In this document: piece after piece, positions 1 to 11,211 of the stretch | Layout of the letters: every line of letters starts with the position of its first letter | Position numbering within the stretch: the first letter of the stretch is position 1 | Assembly (NCBI GenBank): GCA_964106645.2 | Contig: OZ067053.1 | Strand: one strand, 5' to 3' | DNA: 64,000 bases | Origin: Podarcis pityusensis | Taxonomy: Eukaryota | The notes under the pieces: generated by a model | The model's input: only the letters and a program-made list of their open reading frames with translations | Told to the model about the DNA's origin: nothing | Databases searched by the model: none | Translations under genes and position numbers: made by a program

Positions 1-318
1 TCCAGTTGCTAGAAACCATGGGGGGGGGTGCTCTTGTGCTAGGATCCTGCTTGCTGGCTTCCCAGAAAAGGCATCTGACTGGCTTGCGTGAGAGCAGGAT
101 GCTGGCTCTTCTGAAGGTTCTTATGTGTAAATAGAGGCAGCTCCAAGTGGGGCAGGAAGTGAGGACCACCTGTTAAGAAGAGGGATGGAGCACTGTGCCT
201 AGAAGCCATTGGGCTGAGTGTTGTTGCCCATGGTGTGAGTCAGACTAAAGGGAAGAGGAGCAAGGCTGGATCCGAGCACCATTTGTGGAGCTGAGCTTTT
301 TCTGCTGCTTCCTGACAG

Positions 319-534
319 GGGGCCTTCTGGGGCCTGATTCTGGGGCTGCTGATTGGATTGTCTCGAATGATCACTGAGTTTGCCTATGGAACTGGCAGCT
401 GCGCTCAGCCCAGCAATTGCCCGGATATCATCTGCAAAGTCCACTACCTCTACTTTGCCATCATCCTGTTCGTCATCTCGGTCATCATCATTTTGACCGT
501 CTCATACCTGACCAAGCCCATTGATGACGTCCAT
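319..534 (+). CDS. SLC5A1: SLC5A1 (SGLT1)-like sodium/glucose cotransporter, third-to-last coding exon
   Basis: Acceptor cttcctgacAG|319 and donor 534|GTAAGC. 216 nt, phase 0, translating [72 protein letters not shown], which closely matches vertebrate SGLT1. An SLC5A4-type paralog cannot be fully excluded from these exons alone. Confidence 0.92.
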
Positions 535-1314
535 GTAAGCCATTCTCTCCCTCTGTGCTTTTATCTTTCTCCTCACTTCTCCTCTGCCCCTTCCCACCTC
601 CGGATGGTGCTGCAAACATGGCACGTGCGTCTTTCAAAAGGAAGAACATCTGTGGGACACAGCACTGTCTCAGAACCTGTTTTGAACACCAAGGCTTGGT
701 TCTGCAGCATGCAAAGGAATGAAGGCAAATGCCTTTGTCCACACTCAAAGTGCTTCTGCCTTGACAGCTGCTGCACGCATCCACCTTGGATCACAAGGAG
801 TGTGGCTACCAGACAGGCTGGACACACTGTTTTCCTTTTAGAAATGAACCACGGATGGAAAGCCAGTGAGGGATGCGGCTAGGACCAAATCTTTGCTTAG
901 TCAGTGAAGCTCCCCAGGGAATACCTATCTCTTTCTCTCAGCCTGGCCTACCTTGCAAGGATGTTCTGAAGGTATACAAGAGAAGTGCAGGGCCCAGACA
1001 GTGGCGGAGCTTCATGCTCTGGCACTGAGGTGCGGAGAGCAGGTGGGGGCTGGGCTGGTGTGCATCCTGGGGGGTGACACGCTGCCTGCAGGGACGTGGC
1101 ATATGTCCTGGGGGCGTGGCACCCAATGCGGGCGGGTGGGCAGCTGCGATGGCACCCTAACAGGATTGCGCTGCCGCGGGTGGTGCGCTCCCCCCGCACT
1201 CCTCTTCCTCCACCAGTGGGCCCAGGCCAGTACTATGGAAATGCTGAATAATTATATCTCACATGCTCTAGTCTGCTAGGAATCCTTGTATTGTGCTAGA
1301 TGACCCTTGGGGTC

Positions 1315-1640
1315 TGTTATGTACTGAGTTGAATAGGATCCAAAATGCAGCAGTCTGATTGGTCCTAGAACAATAAGATCCAAAATGCGGCAGTCTGATC
1401 GGTCCTAGAACAATGCAGCAATATGATTGGTCCGCAGGAGCCACCCAATCCAGCTCCAGGTGGAATTGAATCCACAACCTGATTGGCCTACAGGAGAATC
1501 CCAGAATTAGCCAATCACGTGCAGCCCATTGTGTAAATAATGTATATAAAGCAGATATTGTGGGGGAACTTCCATTCCTCCTCACCACTATGAGCTGAAT
1601 AAAGACCATGAAATCCACTCTCAACTCCGAGTATATTTCA
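1315..1640 (+). mobile_element. Solo LTR (326 bp) with 5-bp TSD
   Basis: TG...CA ends with imperfect terminal inverted repeats TGTTATGTACT / AGTATATTTCA; perfect TSD GGGTC (1310-1314 and 1641-1645); internal 40-bp tandem repeat; multiple CCAAT boxes; TATATAAA 1543-1550; AATAAA 1598-1603. Confidence 0.85.
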
Positions 1641-1878
1641 GGGTCCCTTCAAATTCTACAATTATATGAGCACAGAGTGGGGCAGAACAGTAGAAGGGCA
1701 TTTCTAGGCTTGCTGCCCCCCAGTTTTCTGCTTCTGAGCTGTGAGCTGCCACGGCCTCTCCAGTTACTTCCACCACGTGGGACACCCTCTCTGCACCGGA
1801 CCCTTTCCCTCACCCACGATGGTCTCAGCCCCCTCTCCCCAGGTTCATCTCTGTCTCCCTGTTCTGTGCCCACGGCAG

Positions 1879-1978
1879 CTCTATCGCCTCTGCTGGAGCC
1901 TGCGAAACAGAAAGGAGAAACGCATCGACCTGGATGCCGAGGAGATGGAGGAAGAGCCGGTCTTCGAAGAAGAAGCTT
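1879..1978 (+). CDS. SLC5A1: SLC5A1-like penultimate coding exon
   Basis: Acceptor cccacggcAG|1879 and donor 1978|GTAAGA. Encodes LYRLCWSLRNRKEKRIDLDAEEMEEEPVFEEEA (SGLT1 LYRLCWSLRN..RIDLDAEE motif). Ends in phase 1, consistent with the next exon. Confidence 0.92.
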
Positions 1979-2252
1979 GTAAGAGCTCTCCCCTTGGTTC
2001 TTATTCCTTCCCGGCACTAAATGAGGGTCAATGGCAGGGGGCGCTAGAGAGGAAGGACCATCGTGGCTTGGTGGCGGCGCATCCACTTTGCCCATGGAAG
2101 GTGCCAGGATCAACCCCGGGCTGCATTTCCGGAGCAGACTCCTTGGAAATAATGGACCTAAGTGGGTCATGCCCATTGATATCAATGGGCTTCCCCTGAA
2201 ATGGACCTGCATTTGATACCACCCACAGTACATGCCATTGAGTGCTTTAAAA

Positions 2253-2415
2253 CAGGGGTAGGCAAACTAAGGCCCAGGGCCCGGATGCGGCCCAATCGCC
2301 TTCTCAGTCCGGCCCACGGACGGTCCGGGAATCAGTGTTTTTACATGAGTAGAATGTGTCCTTTTATTTAAAATGCACTTCTGGGTTATTTGTAGGGTCT
2401 GCCTGGTGTTTTTAC
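2253..2415 (+). mobile_element. hAT-type MITE, 3'-truncated copy
   Basis: Starts CAGGGGTAGGCAAACT; same family as 4989-5323 and 32339-32599. Confidence 0.7.
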
Positions 2416-2492
2416 TGCCTCTCCCAGCTGTCCCCAGCCTGCCATCTGAGGCAACTGCCTAATGGGTGGGCCGGCCCTAAGGTGTCACTAAA

Positions 2493-2734
2493 CAGTGGTA
2501 CCTCGGGTTACATACACTTCAGATTACATATGCTTCAGGTTACACACTCCGCTAACCCAGAAATAGTGCTTCAGGTTAAGAACTGTGCTTCAGTATAAGA
2601 ACAGAAATCGGGCTCTGGCGGCGCGGCAGCAGCAGGAGGCCCCATTAGCTAAAGTGGTGCTTCAGGTTAAGAACAGTTTCAGGTTAAGAACAGACCTCCG
2701 GAACGAATTAAGTACTTAACCCGAGGTACCACTG
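2493..2734 (+). mobile_element. Tc1/mariner (Tigger/pogo-like) MITE
   Basis: TIRs CAGTGGTACCTCGGGTTA / TAACCCGAGGTACCACTG with TA on the right flank; internal TTCAGGTTA repeats; near-identical copies at 9494, 34949 and 53972. Confidence 0.85.
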
Positions 2735-2947
2735 TAGTACACAATAAAAGCACCCTTTAGAAAAAAACTTTCTCAGCATCTTTTACGACACTCAGACTGA
2801 CCTGTATGGCAGGAGTCTGGCACTGAGACCTTCCTTGTCGTGCCTCATAGACCGAGAGCAGTAGGGGTCTGGGGGACACGGAAGTGTGTTGTCTTCTGGG
2901 CTTCTACGTTTTCAGACTTGACGTTGACCTTTTTTTCTCTCTTGCAG

Positions 2948-3162
2948 TCCCGGACAAGGAGCAGGGTTGTTGCAGGAAGGCCTACAACTGGTTCTGTGGC
3001 TTAGAGACCATAGCAGCTCCCAAGCTCAGCAAAGAGGAGGAGGAAGCCCTGCGGGAGAAGATGATGGACACAACAGAGGACCCCTTCTGGAGGCGGGTGG
3101 TCAACACCAACGGCATCATCCTCCTGGCCGTGGCCATCTTCTGCCACGGCTTTTTTGCATAG
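2948..3162 (+). CDS. SLC5A1: SLC5A1-like terminal coding exon
   Basis: Acceptor tttttctctcttgcAG|2948. Encodes (F)[70 protein letters not shown], stop TAG 3160-3162; typical SGLT1 C-terminal loop and last TM helix. Confidence 0.92.
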
Positions 3163-4011
3163 ACTCGTGGGGCTGGGTGTTTTCCTTCCCCCTTTCCCTT
3201 TGAAATGAAGGTCTCCCTCCCTCCCTGAGATTGCTTTGTGAAGCCATAATTTGTAAGTTCTGCCCTTACCAGGCCTGACACTTATTTGTGCCAATCAAGT
3301 TGATTAATTGTTAAATCAAATGAGTTAATTGGTGGGTGGGCTAACTCTCCTCTGAAAGGGGGGGGGAGGAGGAGCCCCACAGCTTAGAGATAAAAAGGAA
3401 GGGGTGAGGAGAACGACATCAGCAATGCTCAGGGTCCATTTTTGGACTCTCTTTTTACAAAGTGTTTTTTATATATAAAAATGCTGCTTTTCTATGTTTA
3501 AAATGTTGTGCTTTCCCATAAGTGATTCCTTGTAAATAATAATGATAGTAATAAGTACAAGTCCCTAAAATAGAGGCTGAGTTTCATATTCTGTGGATCT
3601 ATCTGCTTGAATTCCTTTTAAGCAAAATCTCTAAATTGCTTCCCTCCCTTGCTTTTTCCTTTCCTGTTTCTCTTTTATCATCTCCCTCCCCCCATTGGAT
3701 TCCCACCCCCTTCCCATGAGCTCTTTTTTCTGGTCTTGGACTGCAAGTGACTAGACTGGATTTTTATTACCACTGCGATTTGAGCAAGCTTGAAATTATT
3801 AGAAGGGTTGATACCTCCCCTTGCCAGCCCCCTGAAACTTCAGTCTTTGACTTGACATGGCCTGCCACTCTTTGTGCATTCTCAATGTATTATAAATTGT
3901 GCAAAAATAATAATACACGACTTATTTTTTAAAAAACAGCAGCTTGCATTTTGTTTGAAAAGGGATCCCATGCTAAGGGGCAGGGAAGGGAAGGGCAGTT
4001 GCTTATGGTGC

Positions 4012-4237
4012 TGTGTGGTGTAGTGGTTAGAGTATCAGACTAGGACCTGGGAAAGGCCAGGGTACAAATACCTGCTCAGCTATGAAGTTCACTGGGGCCA
4101 GTCACCGCCTCTCAGCCTAACCCTACCTCAAAGGGTTGTTGCTGGGATTAAATAAGGAAGGGGAGTACCATCTATACCACCTTGAGCTCCTTGGAGAAAA
4201 AGGTGGGATATGAACGCAATACATATATAAAAATAAA
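4012..4237 (+). mobile_element. Old tRNA-derived (MIR/Squam3-related) SINE
   Basis: Head GTGTGGTGTAGTGGTTAGAG (A box), core CTCTCAGCCTAACCCTACCTCAAAGGGTTGTTG, A-rich tail. Confidence 0.7.
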
Positions 4238-4988
4238 CTGGAGCTCCCACAGGTTCCGTACGACATGCAAGAGTTGGTGTAGCATTTGTGCAACCATCTT
4301 GGATGCTAAGGGGAGAGAGAGGGAGATTCCTTCATTGGTGAGATCATTTGCAGGACAGGTTGCTAAGAAGAATGAAAAGAGCAAATTGCCAGTGTGGCTT
4401 ATGGACTGTTCTAGACCACAGTCCTGGATTCAGCCCTGTGGCTAGTATGTTCATTGTCTGGCTGTGGGCAAGTCCCCATTTCTCAGTCTGCTCCACCTCA
4501 CAGGATAAAGTGCATAACCTCCCCGTGGGTCTCTGCGGAGGAAGAACAGAATGCCAGCTTGAAATGGGATGCCTTCCTTGACCAAACTGCTCTGGCTTGT
4601 GACTAGGAGCCCACAGAGCATGCTGGATGCATGAGGGTGGCTCAGGGAGCACCAGGCTGGATTTTGCAGGACCCTGGACAGCTCCTCATCAGGAGCTCCA
4701 CTGAAATCTTTCAATGACTCCCTGGCCCCGCCCCCTTCCTGATGAGTGATGGCCCACTGGGGGAATGTGAGGCCCGCATTGCAAAGTGGGTGGGTTCCTT
4801 GAGGGAGTCTGGGGTGTGTTGGAGCTCACTTTGGGGGGGGGGGGTCCTGGCTCAGACCAAGTTGTGGGGGGGGGCCCTCTGCCACTTACCCCAATTTTCT
4901 TCCTGAACCAGCTAAGTCCTTCTCACCCCCGTCCACCCATAAAGAGATCCAGCTTCTGCTCAGGATCAGGGTCATGATTGGGCTAGAG

Positions 4989-5323
4989 CAGGGTTAGGCA
5001 ACCTAAGGCCCGGAGGCTGGATCCGGCCCAATCGCCTTCTCAATCTGGGCCACGGACAGTCCAGGAATCAGCGTGTTTTTACATGAGTAGAATGTGTCCT
5101 TTTATTTAAAATGCATCTCTGGGTTATTTGTGGGGCCTGCCTGGTGTTTTTACATGAGTATAATGTGTACAATACTTTTATTTAAAATGCATCTCTGGGT
5201 TATTTGTGGGGCATAGGAATTTGTTCATTTCCCGCCCCCGCCCCCCAAAATATAGTCTGACCCACCACATGGTCTGTGGAACGATGGACCGGCCCACAGC
5301 TGAAAAAGCTTTGCTGACCCCTG
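4989..5323 (+). mobile_element. hAT-type MITE, full length
   Basis: TIRs CAGGGTTAGGCAA / TTGCTGACCCCTG; 8-bp TSD GGCTAGAG / GACTAGAG; internal duplication of about 75 bp. Confidence 0.85.
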
Positions 5324-5459
5324 GACTAGAGATATCATGAGGAGTGTTCCCTCTACACACATATTCAGCCAGCCTGGGCCACTTGGGAGGGGTTTCACAC
5401 CTCCAGGGAACCTGAGGCAAGTTCACAAGACACTGGAGCCTCAGCTCCACAGACCTACA

Positions 5460-5706
5460 GAAGAAGAAGAGTTTGGACTTGATATCCCGCCTTACACTCC
5501 CCTTAAGGAGTCTCAAAGTGGCTCACAATCTCCTTTCCCTTCCTCCCCCACAACAAACACTCTGTGAGGTGAGTGGGGCTGAGAGACTTCAGAGAAGTGT
5601 GACTAGCCCAAGGTCACCCAGCAACTGCATGTGGAGGAGCAGGGAAGGGAACCCAGTTCACCAGATTACGAGTCCACTGCTCTTAACCACTACACCATTC
5701 TGGCTC
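5460..5706 (-). mobile_element. Squam3-like tRNA-derived SINE
   Basis: Minus-strand head with A box TGGTGTAGTGG and (CTT)n tail; about 250 bp; homologous to copies at 12590, 17640 and 34244. Confidence 0.85.
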
Positions 5707-5711
5707 CCATG

Positions 5712-6045
5712 AATATAAGAAGAGGCTGCTGGATCACACCAAAGGGCCCACCTAGTTTAGCATCCTGTTCTCACAGCGGCCAACCAGTTGTCTGTGGGAA
5801 ACAAGCAAGCAGGATTTGAACACAAGCACAATCTCCCCTCCTGTAGCTTCTGGCAATTGGTATTTGGAAGCATTGCTGCCTCCCAGAGCACAGCTAGCAT
5901 CAATAGTCCTCTCCTCCACGAATCTGTCTGATCCTTTTTTAAAGCCATCCAAGTTGGTGGCCATCATTTCCTCTTGTGGAAGCTTCACAGTTTTAACTAT
6001 GCACTGTGTGAAGAACGACTTTCTTTTATCTGTCCTGAACCTAGA
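5712..6045 (-). mobile_element. CR1 LINE 3' fragment
   Basis: FRTDKRKSFFTQCIVK..LPQEEMMATNLDGFKKGSDRFVEE matches the CR1 ORF2 C-terminus, followed by the 3' UTR. Related 3' ends at ~1-125, 13760-13890, 18608-18920, 32195-32295, 39375-39570 and 45324-45490. Confidence 0.8.
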
Positions 6046-6719
6046 CTGGGCTGTTTCTGTCATTAAAAACCCCCCAACCCCTTCTCTGAGCTGGCGGAGG
6101 TTGGAATCTTGCTCTCAGCTGGTGATTAAGTCCTGGCTACATTAATTAGAGCCATGATCGGTGCTGACTTAAAGTGATGGAGAGAGGGGAAACAGGTGAT
6201 TTGTTGATGCAGGCATCTTCTGGCGTCACCCGCAGCAGAGCATCGCTCCAGACCTCCCAGCACCACGCTCCGCGACTGCGGCAAACAGGCCCCGGCTGAG
6301 TCCGGCTCATTTTTAGAAACGTCAAGGCTTAATAGCAGGGCGGAGGGGAAGTGCCAGATGGTGACAGGCTAATTGTTGGATTTGCCATATGCAGGAGACA
6401 ATGCAAAGGTTCCCCTCAATATTTCCGGGTGACTAAGTTGTTTGCAGCTGAATCCTCGGCTATGTTAAGCTGAAACCCACCAGCGATTTCTCATCGAGCT
6501 GAAACCTTTTCTCTGCCTTTGGCAAGGGGAGGTTGGAGCAGGATGGGAAGCCATCCCCTAGAGGCATTCCGTCAGGAATGTTGTTGGGTCTGTTCAGGTG
6601 ATGTCAGAAGGCTGTGGTGGGGCTATAGGACCTGGAACGAAAGGGGGGGGCACCAGAGGCACTTTCTGGGGCAGCCTGGAGGTATGGGAGTTTGAGGTGG
6701 TGAATGTGGCAAGGTTGAA

Positions 6720-6720
<1 letters not shown>

Positions 6721-6761
<41 letters not shown>

Positions 6762-7086
6762 TATTATTTATACCCCGCCCATCTGGCTGGGTTTCCCCAA
6801 CCACTCTGGGCGGCTTCCAACAAAACACTAAAATACAATCGTCTATTAAACATTAAAAGCTTCCCTAAACAGGGCTGCCTTCAGATGTCTTCTAAAAGTC
6901 TGGTAGTTGTTTTTCTCTTTGACATCTGGTGGGAGGACATTCCACAGGGCGGGTGCCACTACCGAGAAGGCCCTCTGCCTGTTCCCTGTAACTTGGCTTC
7001 TTGCAGTGAGGGAACCGCCAGAAGGCCCTCGGCGCTGGACCTCAGTGTCTGGGCAGAACGATGGGGGTGGAGACTCTCCTTCAGGT
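6721..7086 (-). mobile_element. L2-type LINE 3' end with (TTA)n tail
   Basis: Minus-strand ORF RAFSVVAPALWNVLPPDVKEKNNYQTFRRHLKAALFREAF is an L2 ORF2 C-terminus; (AAT)n tail microsatellite at 6721-6760. Confidence 0.85.
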
Positions 7087-9493
7087 GTTCTGAGGCCACA
7101 AACGCTTGAGGGTGGGGAGTGCACGCAGTCAGAAGCATTCAATGCTAGTCCTACTCCGAGTAGGCCTATTGAAGTTAATGTACGTGATTAACTTAGGTTC
7201 ATTCATTTCAGTGGGTCTGAGTTGGATTTAGTTGACTCAATCTGATGGTGAGAGTTGTTTGACAGTGGAACGGACTCCCTTGGAAGGTGGTGGTCTCTCC
7301 TTCATTGCAAGTTTTTAAGACTAGGTGACCCTTGGGGTCCCTTTCAACTCTACAACAACCCAGGGAAAGAGACTAAAGTAAGCGAGAACCAGAGGTGCTT
7401 CTCCCATGAGACAAGGGGAAGTGCTGGTTTCTGAGTGGTGTTTAGAGCGGAGGGCAGGCAGGCAGACCTAACACACAAGGCACAGCCCAAGGAATGCTGT
7501 TGCACAAGCTCCACTGAAATGATCCTAGGGTCTTTCCAGGAGACTTGTACAGAACATGCTAGTGAACTGTGCCTTATGTTAATGTGTGTGTGTGGTCATT
7601 TGGTATTTCCACTAGCCCTGGACAGGAACTGTTGAATGCAAAGACTCTGAAGCAGCAACTGGAGGCAGAGACCGCTCCTGGCCCCTTTCCAGAAGACACC
7701 CCTTGCTCCTGCCTTGGCACCATCACAGCCCTTGGAGTCCACATTGATCAAATTGAGGCATTGCTCCAGAGGCTCCTGGTTCATCATTGCCAGGAATGGT
7801 TCCATTCTTTTTCCTGCTGACAGAGCTTGGGGAATCTTCATCTTTTGTCTCTGCAGCTTGTTCTGTGAGAGCTGGGGAAGGGTGATGGCAGCCTTCCCTA
7901 ACCTGGTGCCCTCCAGATGTTGGACAACTCCCATCATCCCTGACTGTTGGCCGCCCTGGCTACCGGGGCTGCTGGGAGCTGTAGTTCAGCGGCACTTGGA
8001 GCGCCCAGGATGAAGAAGGCCTTGGGTGGGGGCTGATTTTGAAGCTGTTGCTTCTTCGTAGGGCTATGAGAGGGAAGGGGCCAGTTGGCAAGATCAAGGA
8101 CTGCATTTGTGTCTGCATTCAAAGGGAGGGAGTCAGGGCAGGCCAGAGACATTTTGCAGGCTATAGCGAAGAAGTGCTGGCAGCCATGACATGTGCAACA
8201 GAACTGGCGATGGAATCATACTTCAGCACTAGTGATGGGATAGCTTCCTGCATGCCATCTGAGGCTACAGACACATTTAAAAGCTCCTGACTACCGCCAA
8301 AGAAGCCTGGGAACTATAGTTTAAGGCTTATGGGAATTGTAGTTTTCTGAGGGCTAAACTACAGCTCCCAGGATTCTTTGGGGGAAGCCATGTGCTTTAA
8401 GTGTACAATGTGCACATAGCCTCATTGGCCGGCTAATTTGGGATGGGGGCAGGATACGCTCTGCCCTTCAACAGAGGTGGCTGCCTGTGGGGCTGAGGAG
8501 GAACAGCCTGAGGACATCTGCTGCTGCTGTCTCCCGACACCTGAGGCAACTGCCACCCTTTGCCTACTAGTGGGGCTGGTTCTGGGGGGGAGGAAAGAGG
8601 AGAGACGCCTCTCACCAAGCTCTTCTAGGCTTGGAGTCTTTTTTCACAATTGCCCCACAGTACACCATATTATATCCTACAAAAAACACAGCATAATTCT
8701 CCCATGGGGCTTCCGCGTGCAATAAAATGACCTGTCTGCCCTCTGCCCGCCCCCCCAGCAGGGGCCTGACACTGGGAGAGCCCTGCTCAGCTGGAGACAG
8801 TCAACCCCTGGACTCTGTAGCCCCTACAGAGGGACAGAGGTCAGCCTCCCCCTGGTGAATTCCCTTCCGCAGTCCTGTCTTGCCTTCCCAGCTTGCTGGC
8901 CTAGCAGCTGCCACTGAGTGGCAACAGGACCCACACCTGAGGCTTGGGGGGCAGGCCTTGTTCCTGAATCTATTCTCCCTGGCTTGCTCTGCAAAGGGTC
9001 TCACTCAGCCCACAGGGGCACACATCAGCAGAGAATCTACGAAGGGCAGCCATTTCAATGGAGCTTGCACAGGAATTGGGCCCTGTGGGTCAGATCTCTT
9101 CGTCTCCCTGCTGTCCAGAATGGTGCTAAGGGCCCTGGTTTCAGAGTTTGGTCACCAGCTCTGTCTGCTCCCTCAGGGAAGAGGCTTGTGGATTAGATAT
9201 CGTTACGAAACTTGAGTGCATTTTGTAATTTTACAAGCTATGTGACTCCGTTACTCAGTTGGATCTCTATACATGGTCTTTCATGAATCGTGACTTTGCT
9301 GTTATTTTTATTGGTTATAGTCCAGTCATGATTTATCACAATGGCTGGGAGTGAATATCTGCTTAATTATTATTTGCCAATATTTTGAGAGTTCATCTGA
9401 TTGTGTCATGTGGTATTCCAAATGGAGCACCAAAGATCACTTGATTTGATATAAACTGTATATTTTCTAGTCATGATTTTTTATCATGACTTA

Positions 9494-9786
9494 TAGTGGT
9501 ACCTCGGGTTAAGAACTTAATCTGTTCTGGAGGTCCATTCTTAACCTGAAACTGTTCTTAACCTGAAGCACCACTTTAGCTAATGGGGCCTCCCGCTGCT
9601 GCCATGTCACTGCTGCACGATTTGTTTTCATCCTGAAGCAAAGTTCGCAACCCAGAGCAACTACTTCCGGGTTAGCGGAGTCTATAACCTGAAGCATCTG
9701 TAACCCGAGGTACTATTTCTGGGTTAGTGGAGTCTGTAACCTGAAGCGTCTGTAACCTGAAGCATCTTTAACCCGAGGTACCACTG
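9494..9786 (-). mobile_element. Tigger/pogo-like MITE with duplicated subterminal segment
   Basis: TA-flanked; TIRs (T)AGTGGTACCTCGGGTT / AACCCGAGGTACCACTG; the segment GGGTTAG.GGAGTCT.TAACCTGAAGC is repeated in tandem. Confidence 0.85.
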
Positions 9787-10000
9787 TACTTGCATTGGAT
9801 CAGATTGCTAAAGTGTGATCTTTGTTGTGTATTTTGCAGTTTCTGCGGCTTGTAATCTTCCTTGTGTATAGCAATATGGAAAGGTGGTATACAAGTTAAA
9901 AGAGAAATGAAACAAAGCTCCTCCTCTAACCCAGTCATGATAGTGCAGCCCACGCATGATGACGAGAGGCAGGCAGGCAAGGAGCTGTTGAAGCAGGAAC

Positions 10001-10006
10001 TTTATT
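10001..10006 (-). terminator. RSPH14 polyadenylation signal (AATAAA)
   Basis: TTTATT on + (AATAAA on -) about 40 nt after the RSPH14 stop, implying a very short 3' UTR. Confidence 0.7.
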
Positions 10007-10047
10007 GTCAATTGCGTTGCTCTCCAAGGTCCCCGCCAGCCTGTTCC

Positions 10048-10286
10048 CTACGGCTTCCACTCAATGACTTCCACCGCAATCTGTGCCGCCCTCCTCACAG
10101 CCGGGCTGGAATCGCTCAGCCTCTTCCGGAATTCGGCCACGTGGCCCAGCAAGATCTTCCGGCCCTCCGGGGCCTCTGACAACATGGTCAGGGCCTTGAT
10201 GGAGTAAAGGCGGACTTTGCTCCTCTCATCGTGAATCAGGGGCAGCAGCGTGTCGATGGCGTCTGCATTGATGGCTGCGTATTTCC
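10048..10286 (-). CDS. RSPH14: RSPH14 terminal coding exon
   Basis: Acceptor tctgtcacactcAG|10286. Encodes (G)KYAAINADAIDTLLPLIHDERSKVRLYSIKALTMLSEAPEGRKILLGHVAEFRKRLSDSSPAVRRAAQIAVEVIEWKP, stop TAG 10050-10048. Matches RSPH14 KALTMLAEAPEGRK and the C-terminal VIE(F/W)KP. Confidence 0.93.
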
Positions 10287-11211
10287 CTGAGTGTGACAGA
10301 AGGAAGGCCCTGTGAGATGCTAAAAGGAGAAGCCCTGCAGCAGCTGCTGGGGGTGAGTGGGTGTGTTTAAAGGTGGCCCCTGCCGAGCCCAGCCTCCTGG
10401 GCTTCCCGTGTCAGCCATCCAGGTGCCTCTTCTGGGAAGCCACAAACAGGTCACAAGTGCCACAGTAGCCTTCTCCCCATTTGTACTCCTTGGCATCCTG
10501 CCTCGGAGAGCGGAGGGAAGACATACCAGAGTGGGTTGCTTGTGTGAAGGCTGAGTGGCTTTTTCTGCAGCCCTTGGCAGGTCACACGTTAAGATTACAA
10601 CTAGCAATGCAATATGTGAGTGGCTGGAATTGGCCGGACCTTTGGCTATGCAGGTGTTTCTTGCCATCTGTACAACATGGGAATGGCCTCCACCACAGCT
10701 CGGAAGCCACAGAAGCTCTAGGCAACCAGTGTGCTAGATGTTGCCCTGGCAGCATCCAGGAGCCTGCTGCTCAAGTTGTGTATCAGCCACATGAGACAAC
10801 AGGATTCCCCTCAGCTGACCCGACAGCTCTACACTTGGGGAGACCAGCCTTGTCCAAGCTGGTGCTCTGGAGAGGTTGCTAGACTCCAAATCCCAGAAGC
10901 CCCAGAAGCCAGCACAGCCAATGAGACGACGGGAGGGAGAAGCAAATGGAGGACAGCAAGTTGTGGGGAGGCAGGGTCTAGCTAAAGCCTTAGAAAATGG
11001 CCAAGATGTTTCCAGGGACCCCATGGCTTCCTCTCAAAGCCTGGCTACATGCCCAGCTGCACTGCCCCTGTCTTTCTCTCTTGTGCCACTGGCCTTGCCT
11101 TCTAACTTTCTGCTTTCCACAACTCAGCTGCCCTCCCCTCTTCTCCTCAAAAGGGGTTGGGAATCCAGAAGGGCCAGTCTGCCAGCTGCTCCCCTGCCTT
11201 CCCCTCCTCAC

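Noticed and set aside
535-882. ORF read-through past the SLC5A1 exon donor (similarly 44177-44248 in GNAZ)
   Set aside because: Intronic continuation after canonical GT donors; similarity to the known proteins stops at the splice site.
1332-1432. Regularly spaced repeats that could suggest a CRISPR-like array (also the TTCAGGTTA repeats in MITEs)
   Set aside because: Tandem U3 enhancer repeats of an LTR and subterminal MITE repeats; no unique spacers, and the context is eukaryotic.
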